Assembly (NCBI GenBank): GCA_963777505.1
Contig: CAVZQN010000001.1
Span: 608,001 to 672,000, forward strand
Source of the DNA: an uncultured bacterium
GTDB taxonomy: Bacteria; Acidobacteriota; HRBIN11; JAKEFK01
DNA length: 64,000 nucleotides
Reading direction: 5' to 3'
A program made the position numbers and the translations under genes. Of this stretch, positions 22,595 through 31,070 are shown piece by piece. Below the pieces are notes generated by a model. That model saw only the letters and a program-made list of their open reading frames with translations. It did no database searches and was not told the origin of the DNA. The stretch's first letter is position 1. Every line of letters starts with the position of its first letter.

Positions 22595-22626
22595 TCCTTT
22601 TTGCTATGGCGCGATAGAATAATCAC

Positions 22627-23568
22627 ATGAAAAGTGTTGCATTTGTTGAAGGCCAGTTTGTTCCGCTCGAAGATGCCAAAATTAGCATCATGACCCATGC
22701 GTTCCTTTATGGAACAGCAGTTTTTGAAGGAATCCGCGCATACTATAACAAAGATCAAGATGAACTTTTCATTTTCCGTGCTCATGACCATTTTCGTCGA
22801 TTTAAAAATAGCTGCCGTCTGCTCAAGATTGAGCTTCCGCTAAACGAAACACAGCTTGTGGATCTCACCGTCGATTTACTTCAGCAAAACGAATTTCATG
22901 AAGATGTTTACATCAGACCGGTAGGGTATAAATCTTCGCGCAGGATCGGCCTCAAATTAGATGATCAAAATGATTTTCTGCTGTTCTCAGTTCCGATGGG
23001 TTCGTATCTTTCACGCGAACATCCTTTAAGGCTGATGGTGTCTTCCTGGAGACGGATTGAAGACAACGCAATCCCAGCGCGATCCAAGATCAATGGAAGT
23101 TATGTGAATCTTGCTCTGGCCGCAAATGAAGCAAGGGAAAACGGATTCGATGAAGCCATACTTTTAAATGAAGACGGAAGTGTTTCAGAAGCCGCAGGAA
23201 TGAATCTCTTTATTGTTCGTGATGGCACTCTTATTACAGCACCGGTTACCGATAATGTTTTAGAAGGCATCACGCGGGATACAATTTTCCAAATTGCAAC
23301 CAACCTGAAAGTGCCACATATCGAACGAACAATTGATCGCAGCGAATTATATATAGCTGACGAATTATTCCTTTGTGGAACGGGTGCGGAAGTTTCAGCG
23401 GCAGGCTTCGTAGATAATCGTCCGGTCGGAACAGGTGAAGTCGGGCCAATTACATCACAAATCCAAAAGTCATATTTCCAGATCGTCCGGGGCGAGGGCG
23501 CAACACATCCGGATTGGCTTACTCCAGTTTTGAAGTCTGCTCGGGAATTGAATGTTCAGAAATCCTGA
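22627..23568 (+). CDS. ilvE: Branched-chain amino acid aminotransferase
   Basis: YGTAVFEGIR, YIRP, EAAGMNLF, LEGITR, GTGAEV. Confidence 0.93.
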   Translation: MKSVAFVEGQFVPLEDAKISIMTHAFLYGTAVFEGIRAYYNKDQDELFIFRAHDHFRRFKNSCRLLKIELPLNETQLVDLTVDLLQQNEFHEDVYIRPVGYKSSRRIGLKLDDQNDFLLFSVPMGSYLSREHPLRLMVSSWRRIEDNAIPARSKINGSYVNLALAANEARENGFDEAILLNEDGSVSEAAGMNLFIVRDGTLITAPVTDNVLEGITRDTIFQIATNLKVPHIERTIDRSELYIADELFLCGTGAEVSAAGFVDNRPVGTGEVGPITSQIQKSYFQIVRGEGATHPDWLTPVLKSARELNVQKS

Positions 23569-23965
23569 TGATTCCGTAATCCGCGATATCCTTACAAAAC
23601 ATCGTACTATAGCTGTAGTAGGATGTTCTCCTAAACCGGTCCGTGATAGCAATTCTATTGCCCGCCTTTTGATTTCACGCGGAAATCATGTCATTCCTGT
23701 CAACCCCGGACATCGCGAGATCCTTGGATTGCCTTGCTATCCCAACTTGCTTCAGATTCCTGAAAAAGTCGATATGGTTGATGTGTTCAGAAGGTCTGAA
23801 TATGTTCCTGAGATTGCAGAACATGCTGTATCGATTGGCGCAAAAATACTCTGGACTCAATTAGGAGTCGAAAGTGAAGAGGCAGCAGAGCTCGCACAAA
23901 AAGCTGGCCTTATAGTCGTAATGAATCGTTGTCCCGCAATTGAGTATCGCCGTCTCGGAATTTGA
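23552..23965 (+). CDS. CoA-binding protein (YccU-like)
   Basis: IAVVGCS, PVNP, DVFRRS, WTQLG, MNRC. Confidence 0.9.
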   Translation: MFRNPDDSVIRDILTKHRTIAVVGCSPKPVRDSNSIARLLISRGNHVIPVNPGHREILGLPCYPNLLQIPEKVDMVDVFRRSEYVPEIAEHAVSIGAKILWTQLGVESEEAAELAQKAGLIVVMNRCPAIEYRRLGI

Positions 23966-23972
23966 ACCGGGA

Positions 23973-24773
23973 TTAGTGCAACACGAGTCCTGCATATCCA
24001 ACAACAGATTGATAGTCATTGGTTACATCACCCGATGTTGCATACTTCAGAAGTGATCCTTTCCTACAGTCAAGATCCTTCGCAGAAATCAACGTGGAAG
24101 TGGTTGGTAGATAGCCGCACATAGAAATTTCATGATTATGAATCGTATCGTATAGACCTCTCGCGTTCAGTTCTTCCATTTGTTTTATAGCCAAGCGATC
24201 TTTACGATTTGCGGATTCCTGCGTTTCATAGTGCGTCATGTCAGTGCTTGAAATGATCAGGACTTCCCGCGGAAAAGTTTGAACGATATCTGCAATTGCG
24301 TGCCCTAGCTCCTCAAGGTATTCATATCGCATCTGCCTCACACAAATCGGAAGAAATTTGATATCGCCTTTTAGATATTGCAGAAATGGAAGCTGAACTT
24401 CCAGAGAATGTTCTCGAATATGTGCGCGGCCATCTTTAGTTGCACGCGGAAAACGTTTGATCAATTCGCGTACAAGTTCCTGATCGACATAAGCCGAACC
24501 CAGCGGTGTCAGCCATTCTCCTTCTGGGTAAATATCAAAATCACTTCCCTGTCCCGTATGATTCGGACACAAAATAATGAACGTATCCGGAAGAATGACT
24601 GATGCATACACTTCACCGGCTACAGCACCTGAATAAATGTAGCCGGCATGGGGTACAACGATTGCATCTGCCCGCATCTTTTCACGTTCGGGAAGCAGTT
24701 TTTCAAGTTGTTGTTCCAGTTCTGATTTAGTTCCAGGGTAAAAATACCCGGCCACAGCCGGCTGTCGTTGCAT
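23973..24773 (-). CDS. MEMO1-family protein (AmmeMemoRadiSam protein B)
   Basis: PAVAGYFYP, PHAGYIYSG, EHSLEVQLPF, STDMTHY, VVGYAG. Confidence 0.92.
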   Translation of the reverse strand: MQRQPAVAGYFYPGTKSELEQQLEKLLPEREKMRADAIVVPHAGYIYSGAVAGEVYASVILPDTFIILCPNHTGQGSDFDIYPEGEWLTPLGSAYVDQELVRELIKRFPRATKDGRAHIREHSLEVQLPFLQYLKGDIKFLPICVRQMRYEYLEELGHAIADIVQTFPREVLIISSTDMTHYETQESANRKDRLAIKQMEELNARGLYDTIHNHEISMCGYLPTTSTLISAKDLDCRKGSLLKYATSGDVTNDYQSVVGYAGLVLH

Positions 24774-24843
24774 ATTTTCCTCTATAGCGCGAGTCTAAGA
24801 CTGGCCTGCTCATTATTGCCATTTTCAATTATGATAGACGAGT

Positions 24844-25302
24844 ATGGAAAAACACAAATTGCCGGATATTGAAGAGATTTTGAATCTTCTTCCACATCGG
24901 TACCCATTTGTTCTTATTGACAAAATTACTTCGATGGGGCCCGGCTGGAAAATTACCGGCATCAAAAATATCACATACAACGAATGGTATTTTCAGGGTC
25001 TTCCTGCGGTACTTCGAATTGTGCCTGCACTCATTTTATGTGAAGCAGTCGCACAACTTGGATCATTGCTCGTATTCCAGGAAGAGGAATCCAGAGGAAA
25101 AATTATTTACTTTACAGGTATTGAAAGAGTTCGCTTTCGACGCCCCGTTCGCCCAGGTGATACCTTGCATCTTGCCGGTGAGATTGTGCGTCGTAAAGGG
25201 CGCGTTGGCCGCTTTAAAGTTGAAGGCAGTGTTGACGGTCGAATTGTTCTGGAAGGAATTATGAGGTTTGCAATTGATAAGGGTAATGGAGGAATGGAAT
25301 GA
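24844..25302 (+). CDS. FabZ-like hotdog dehydratase (atypical active site)
   Basis: LPHRYPFVLID, EAVAQ, RFRRPVRPGD; the usual FxGHFP reads FQGLPA. Confidence 0.8.
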   Translation: MEKHKLPDIEEILNLLPHRYPFVLIDKITSMGPGWKITGIKNITYNEWYFQGLPAVLRIVPALILCEAVAQLGSLLVFQEEESRGKIIYFTGIERVRFRRPVRPGDTLHLAGEIVRRKGRVGRFKVEGSVDGRIVLEGIMRFAIDKGNGGME

Positions 25303-26441
25303 AACCGCTTGAAACACTCGGTTTTTTCCAGAGCTTGCAAGAACAAATGATCAGCAAGCTAAAACAATGGGTTGAAATCGAATCACCTACTACTGATAAA
25401 TCTTCTGTTGATCAATTTGGCGATGAAGTTGCGGCATCGCTTGGTGAATTAGGAATGTCAGTAGAGATCGATTCACAACCATCACGCGGAAATCATATTG
25501 TTGCCAGATGGATCGGTAAGGGCCCAAAGATATTAATCATTGGACATATAGACACAGTGTGGGAATTAGGAACACTCGAACGAATGCCTTTTAGACGCGA
25601 AGGAGAAATTGCATACGGGCCCGGAATTTTCGACATGAAAGGTGGAATCGTTGTCACCTACTTTGCTTTACAGCTTTTACGCGAACATGGCCTTCACCAC
25701 AGTAATGTCACACTTCTTCTGAATTCTGATGAAGAAGAAGGGAGCGAAACCTCCCGTGGGTTAATTGAACGTGAAGCACAGAATGCTTCTTGCGCTTTCG
25801 TTCTAGAGCCTTCTGGCCCCGATAACGGCTTAAAAACAAAAAGGCGAGGCGTTGGAGAATACCTCATCCGCACGTTTGGCAGAGCTGCACACGCGGGAGT
25901 CGAACCCGAAAAAGGTGTCAGCGCGATCGAAGAACTCTGCCGGCAGATTTTAACAATTCAAAGCTGGAACAAAGAGCGATCCGGGATCAGCGCAAATGTG
26001 GACGTAGTTCATGGTGGCACGCGATCAAATGTAATTCCTGCAGAAGCTCAGGGAATTGTAGATGTTCGTTGTGATTCTCCGGAGGATAAAAGTTGGATTG
26101 AAGAACGCTTTAGTTCATTAAAGGCGATCCATCCTGGTGCGCGTCTTGTGGTTGAAGGTGGAGTGAATCGTCCTCCTCTTGTTCGATCGGCTCAGGTCCT
26201 TGAATTATTCAAAGATGCTTCAGAAATCGCTGCTTCTTTCAATTATTCTCTAAAAGAATATTGGACAGGTGGCGGTAGTGATGGCAATTTCACATCGGCT
26301 CTCGGAGTTCCAACTCTCGATGGTCTTGGAGTTGAAGGTGAAGGAGCCCATGCGGATCATGAACAAATTATTGTTTCTTCCCTTCCCCGCCGCGCAAACC
26401 TGCTCTATCACCTGATCCGTAAAAAAACAGGGTTGGTGTAA
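25299..26441 (+). CDS. M20 metallopeptidase (glutamate carboxypeptidase-like)
   Basis: GHIDTV, DMKGG, DEEEGS, AHAG, GGSDGN. Confidence 0.9.
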   Translation: MKPLETLGFFQSLQEQMISKLKQWVEIESPTTDKSSVDQFGDEVAASLGELGMSVEIDSQPSRGNHIVARWIGKGPKILIIGHIDTVWELGTLERMPFRREGEIAYGPGIFDMKGGIVVTYFALQLLREHGLHHSNVTLLLNSDEEEGSETSRGLIEREAQNASCAFVLEPSGPDNGLKTKRRGVGEYLIRTFGRAAHAGVEPEKGVSAIEELCRQILTIQSWNKERSGISANVDVVHGGTRSNVIPAEAQGIVDVRCDSPEDKSWIEERFSSLKAIHPGARLVVEGGVNRPPLVRSAQVLELFKDASEIAASFNYSLKEYWTGGGSDGNFTSALGVPTLDGLGVEGEGAHADHEQIIVSSLPRRANLLYHLIRKKTGLV

Positions 26442-26462
26442 GAACATTCAGTCTCTCAGGTG

Positions 26463-27020
26463 TTATGAGCCTTTGATGAGTGGCAGAATTTTCTTAAATT
26501 CGGGCACATCGCTCCTTCCAAGTAACTCATAGATCAACATTTCGCTGGTTACAGGTAGGGCACCTGCTTTTACCATCCGCTCGAGACCCCTGATGTGATC
26601 TTCTTCTCGCCTGGCACCGACAGCATCGGTTACTACGGCTACATTTTTTCCTTGCTCAAGTAGATCCAATACTGTCTGAAGCACGCATATATGCGTTTCG
26701 ATCCCGGTAACCGCTACCCATTCTTTTGAATGTCGGTCCAACTCCTGTTTAAACCCTGGGTCGGCCCCGCAACTAAAAGTCGTCTTATCAAGAACATTCC
26801 CCTTGACTTTTGATCGAAAAATTTCGTCCAAATCGCCTAAACCCTTACGGTACTGGGTGGTCACAATTGTTGGAATTTGGAGTACTTCTGCTGTACCGAT
26901 TAGTGTTCCGGAATGCGCTACTATTCTTTTCGCAGCTGTAATCAAATCTAAGAGCTTCTTTTGTAAATCTATGAAAATAAATAAGATATCGTTCGATCTT
27001 AATCGTGGTATATTTGTCAT
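26463..27020 (-). CDS. Isochorismatase-family hydrolase
   Basis: IDLQ, KTTFSC, GIETHICV. Confidence 0.9.
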   Translation of the reverse strand: MTNIPRLRSNDILFIFIDLQKKLLDLITAAKRIVAHSGTLIGTAEVLQIPTIVTTQYRKGLGDLDEIFRSKVKGNVLDKTTFSCGADPGFKQELDRHSKEWVAVTGIETHICVLQTVLDLLEQGKNVAVVTDAVGARREEDHIRGLERMVKAGALPVTSEMLIYELLGRSDVPEFKKILPLIKGS

Positions 27021-27110
27021 AATACGTTCCTAAATTGACCGAAATCATACTACATTTATGATTCTTATTGATTCATTTCATCGTTCGGTGTATATTCTCA
27101 ACGGACAAAA

Positions 27111-27752
27111 ATGACCGTTGAAGAAATCTACATAAAGTTGCGCGATGAATTAACGGCAGAGAACGAGAGCAGCAGTTCCCCTGAGCGCATTTTCATCAAA
27201 AATGATGAACAAACGATTTGTACGCTTGGGATGAATCGCAGCCACGAAATCATCTTTGTCGAATTTAAGCCGGCTCCGAAGGATTTGCACGAAATTGAAC
27301 GGGAAGGCTTCGTTCACCCGCACCCTGTTGAAATGTTGCATGACGCTGGATGGCGCCAGGCGCAATTAACAACCTGGGAGGAATCGGGAAAGCTCCTGGA
27401 AATCATCAATCGATCTTATAAGAAAAAGAAGCCTAAACCTGAAATAGCTGGCGCCAAAAAGGCAGTCAAAATTCCGCTATTAAAGAAGCCTCCTGGAACG
27501 TCGATTCAAGGTAAGATCGGGGGAGCGGCAAGCAAGCTTGCTCAGCTGGCCGCAATAAAGGTTGTTGGTAAGCCTGGAAAAGCTCTCAAGCCAGCACCAC
27601 CCCTCCCGGCGAAAGCAAAAGGTAAGCCCGCGCCTGCACCAAAACCAGCACCCAAAGCAAAACCGGTCGCAAAAGCAAAGGCCACGAAAAGCGTAGCCAA
27701 ACCAAAAGCAAAAGCAGCTCGCCCAAAACCCTCCAAATCAAAGAAAAAATAA
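27111..27752 (+). CDS. Hypothetical protein, globular N-terminus plus Lys/Ala/Pro-rich histone-H1-like tail
   Basis: C-terminal KPAPKAKPVAKAKATKSVAKPKAK; N-terminal domain ends GW..LLEIINRSY. Confidence 0.7.
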   Translation: MTVEEIYIKLRDELTAENESSSSPERIFIKNDEQTICTLGMNRSHEIIFVEFKPAPKDLHEIEREGFVHPHPVEMLHDAGWRQAQLTTWEESGKLLEIINRSYKKKKPKPEIAGAKKAVKIPLLKKPPGTSIQGKIGGAASKLAQLAAIKVVGKPGKALKPAPPLPAKAKGKPAPAPKPAPKAKPVAKAKATKSVAKPKAKAARPKPSKSKKK

Positions 27753-27837
27753 GCAGTAGTTTTCAACACGAACGCACCACGTCACCAAGCACACGAATTC
27801 ATTTAAATTAATTATTAGTGAACATTGTGCCTTAGTT

Positions 27838-30201
27838 TTAGTCTTGAGGAGTCTCTGGCTGGGATTCAGCAGTCGCTTCGAGTTCTTCTGGCTGAAGCGG
27901 GATAGCATTTCCATGATGTTCTGGCCCGCACATCTGACGTGGCTCAGAACCAGCAATAAAAGATTCAATGATGACATCAGTACAATCCGCGGTAGCCCGC
28001 AATCCGGTGTGTCGATCGATAGCAACCGTGATGATGTTGCTTGTAGCTTGAAATTCTTCGACTGGTTTGTCCGCGAGAACTTCTTTCATGAAATCAATCC
28101 AAATAGGCAACGCAGCTTCTGCACCAGTTTCCTTTTTGCCTAAAGTCTTCTTTTCATCAAAACCAACCCACACACCAGCAACTAAAGATGGTGTGTAACC
28201 AATGAACCACGCATCGGTGCAATCATCGGTTGTTCCTGTTTTGCCTGCTAACGGACGCTTTAATGATTTCGCCTTGACAGCAGTGCCGCGCTGGATCACA
28301 CCCTGTAACACATCAGTCAGCAAATAAGCGATGTCTGCCCTCATCACTTCTTTTGCGCGAGGCATATTTTGTTCAAGAGTATTGCCGCTTCTATCAAGGA
28401 TTTTCTCAATCATCATTGGTTCCAGCATTAATCCTTGATTTGCGAATGCACCATAAGCACGAACCATGCTGAGTAATGTCGCTTCGCTTGCTCCGAGTGC
28501 GAGAGGCAAGTATGGTTGCATCTTTTGAACCGTATCGAAATGGCCAATGTAGTCAATCGCGTATTTAACTCCGACTTGTTCCAGAAGTTGTACAGCAACG
28601 GTGTTTCGCGATAACTCTAAGGCCCTTCGCAAAGTCATAGGGCCCATGAAATCTCCCGTGTAATTTTGCGGCGACCATGTTTCTTTCGAGTAGGGATCAT
28701 AATAAGAAAGCGGTTGATCAACCATCACATCAGAAGGTGTGTAGCCTCTTTCGAATGCAGCCGCATAAATGAATGGCTTAAAAGCTGATCCTGTTTGCCT
28801 GTAAGCCTGTATAGCACGATCGAATTTTTTTGTGGCGAAATCGGAACCACCGATTAGCGCCCTTATCTTTCCGGTTTTTATTTCCATTGCTACAAGGGCG
28901 CCATCCACAAGAGGAACTTGATCGAGTGAAATTGAAGTGATTTTTCCATCCACTACTTCTAGAATTTTGAAATCTGTTAAAGTTCCGTGCTTTAGAATTG
29001 CAGTTGCAGTTTTCTTATGTGTCCAGGCCCAGCCATCCGGCAGTAAAGGGACATCCTGCCTACCAATCCGAATAGTAGCCAGTCGATCAGTCACTTCCAT
29101 CGCAATTCCTTTTACGATCTTTCCTGGTGTCATTTCTGACGTCCAGCTTGAATCCCGAAAAGATTCAATCTGTGCAGGTGTCAGAATTGAAGTGACCGGT
29201 CTCCATCCTTGTTTTTTATCAAGTCTTCTTACGCCTTTATCAAGAGCACGCTCGGCAGCCTTTTGCATTTCAACATCTAACGTTGAATAGATTTCGAGGC
29301 CGCTTTCGTAAATTCCGGCGTAGCCGTATTTTGTTTCTAAATACTTCCGAATCTCTTCAGTGAAATAAGGAGCCAGATAAGTTTTTGGTAATGGCTGAAT
29401 TGCACCAAGCGGCGCCTGGAGACTTTGCTCATAAACTTGTTTTGTTATGAATTTCTCATTGAGCATGCGCTTCAAAACATGATTTCTTCTTTGTGTCGCC
29501 CGTTGAGGATGAACATGCGGAGAAAACTCCTGAGGAGCTTTTGGAAGAGCCGCAATCATGGCTGATTCCACAACATTCAGTTGAGATGCAGGTTTTCCGA
29601 AATAGTAACGTGCAGCCGCTTCAACGCCGTATACACCATGACCAAGGTAAATTTGATTGCAATAAAAAAGGAATAATTCTTGTTTCGTATATTTCCTTTC
29701 CAGCTGAACTGCAAGCATAGCTTCCAAAATCTTTCTTTCCATCGTCTTTTCAGGACGAAGAAAAAGCATCTTTGCAAGCTGTTGGGTGATCGTACTACCT
29801 CCTTCAACAACCCTTCCGGTTTTTAGATTTGTATACAGCGCGCGAAGAATTCCCCAGGGATCCACACCGGGATGTTCGAAATAATGTGCATCTTCTACAG
29901 CGATCAGTGCGTTTCTTAAGTCAGACGAAACATGATCCATGGAACGCAAAACAACCCGTTTTTCGACAAAAAATTCGTCGATAGGTCGAGCATCTGCTGA
30001 ATAGACATGAGTTGGAATGCTTGGTTGAAAATTTTCAATTTGTTGAATTTGAGGCAGTCTGTTGAGATACGAAAGGAAGAATCCGAACAAACTTCCGATA
30101 GAAATGCTTAGAAAATAGAGGAGCCCGACAAAAATCGTCCGAAAAAGCTTTCTTTTCTTCGTCGGCTCAACCTGAAGATCGCTTTCAAGTACTTCATTCA
30201 T
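27838..30201 (-). CDS. Penicillin-binding protein 1A (transglycosylase + transpeptidase)
   Basis: EDAHYFEHPG, GGSTITQQ, RKILE, SAFK, SRN, KTG. Confidence 0.95.
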   Translation of the reverse strand: MNEVLESDLQVEPTKKRKLFRTIFVGLLYFLSISIGSLFGFFLSYLNRLPQIQQIENFQPSIPTHVYSADARPIDEFFVEKRVVLRSMDHVSSDLRNALIAVEDAHYFEHPGVDPWGILRALYTNLKTGRVVEGGSTITQQLAKMLFLRPEKTMERKILEAMLAVQLERKYTKQELFLFYCNQIYLGHGVYGVEAAARYYFGKPASQLNVVESAMIAALPKAPQEFSPHVHPQRATQRRNHVLKRMLNEKFITKQVYEQSLQAPLGAIQPLPKTYLAPYFTEEIRKYLETKYGYAGIYESGLEIYSTLDVEMQKAAERALDKGVRRLDKKQGWRPVTSILTPAQIESFRDSSWTSEMTPGKIVKGIAMEVTDRLATIRIGRQDVPLLPDGWAWTHKKTATAILKHGTLTDFKILEVVDGKITSISLDQVPLVDGALVAMEIKTGKIRALIGGSDFATKKFDRAIQAYRQTGSAFKPFIYAAAFERGYTPSDVMVDQPLSYYDPYSKETWSPQNYTGDFMGPMTLRRALELSRNTVAVQLLEQVGVKYAIDYIGHFDTVQKMQPYLPLALGASEATLLSMVRAYGAFANQGLMLEPMMIEKILDRSGNTLEQNMPRAKEVMRADIAYLLTDVLQGVIQRGTAVKAKSLKRPLAGKTGTTDDCTDAWFIGYTPSLVAGVWVGFDEKKTLGKKETGAEAALPIWIDFMKEVLADKPVEEFQATSNIITVAIDRHTGLRATADCTDVIIESFIAGSEPRQMCGPEHHGNAIPLQPEELEATAESQPETPQD

Positions 30202-30307
30202 ATACAGATCAGATGATAAAGCATGCACGTCAAGACGGCAAAGGTCAAATATTGATCCTTGTGTTTTCCTTGGCGCTGTGGCGGAGAGTATGATATAAAA
30301 CGATGGA

Positions 30308-31069
30308 ATGATTGAGGCCCACGGTAAATCCGATATAGGCAGAAAGCGTCAGCGAAACGAAGATTCTTTTGCCGTAAGTTCTGATGCACAGGTCTTTATC
30401 GTCGCTGATGGAATGGGGGGACACAATGCAGGAGATGTTGCCTCCCAAACAGCAGTGCGGACGATTGAGAGCTATATGGTACGTACGCATGAAGAACGTG
30501 AACTGAGCTGGCCTTTTGGAATTGATCCAAAATTTAGCTTCGACGGTAACCGAATTAGAACAGCTTTAAAGCTTGCAAATCATAAGATCTGGCAGCTTGC
30601 CGATGCAAATCAGGAATATACAGGAATGGGCACAACTGTGGTCTGTTCGGTCATCCGTGATGATGTTGCAGTAATCGCCTCTGTTGGTGATTCTCGTGCT
30701 TATCTGGTTCGTGGAAATCAATTGGCAGTCTTAACAAGAGATGATGTTTGGCTGAACGAAACATGGGTACGTAAAGCATTTACTGAAGATCAGCTTGCTC
30801 GTCTTCCTTTAAAAAATGTTCTTTCAAAAGCAATTGGCTCTAAAGAAGATATTGATTTTCCCGTTCAGGAGTTTCAGCTCCAGGATGGAGACATTTTGTT
30901 CCTTTGCAGCGATGGTCTTCATGGGCTTGTTACCTCCGAAGACCTCCTCACAATATGCCGCCAGCATAGCAACGATCTGCAAACTCTTTCAAAAACCTTA
31001 ATAGACCTGGCTAATGAAGCCGGGGGCAAGGACAATATAACGATCGTCGTATTGAAATATACGAAGTAG
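30308..31069 (+). CDS. PP2C-type Ser/Thr phosphatase (Stp1/PrpC)
   Basis: RNED, VADGMGG, GMGTT, VGDSRAY, CSDGL, DNIT. Confidence 0.95.
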   Translation: MIEAHGKSDIGRKRQRNEDSFAVSSDAQVFIVADGMGGHNAGDVASQTAVRTIESYMVRTHEERELSWPFGIDPKFSFDGNRIRTALKLANHKIWQLADANQEYTGMGTTVVCSVIRDDVAVIASVGDSRAYLVRGNQLAVLTRDDVWLNETWVRKAFTEDQLARLPLKNVLSKAIGSKEDIDFPVQEFQLQDGDILFLCSDGLHGLVTSEDLLTICRQHSNDLQTLSKTLIDLANEAGGKDNITIVVLKYTK

Positions 31070-31070
31070 C

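Noticed and set aside
23973-24773. Complete AmmeMemoRadiSam system with the radical SAM gene at 16107
   Set aside because: That radical SAM protein is TIGR01212-type and 7 kb away; no AMMECR1 gene is seen
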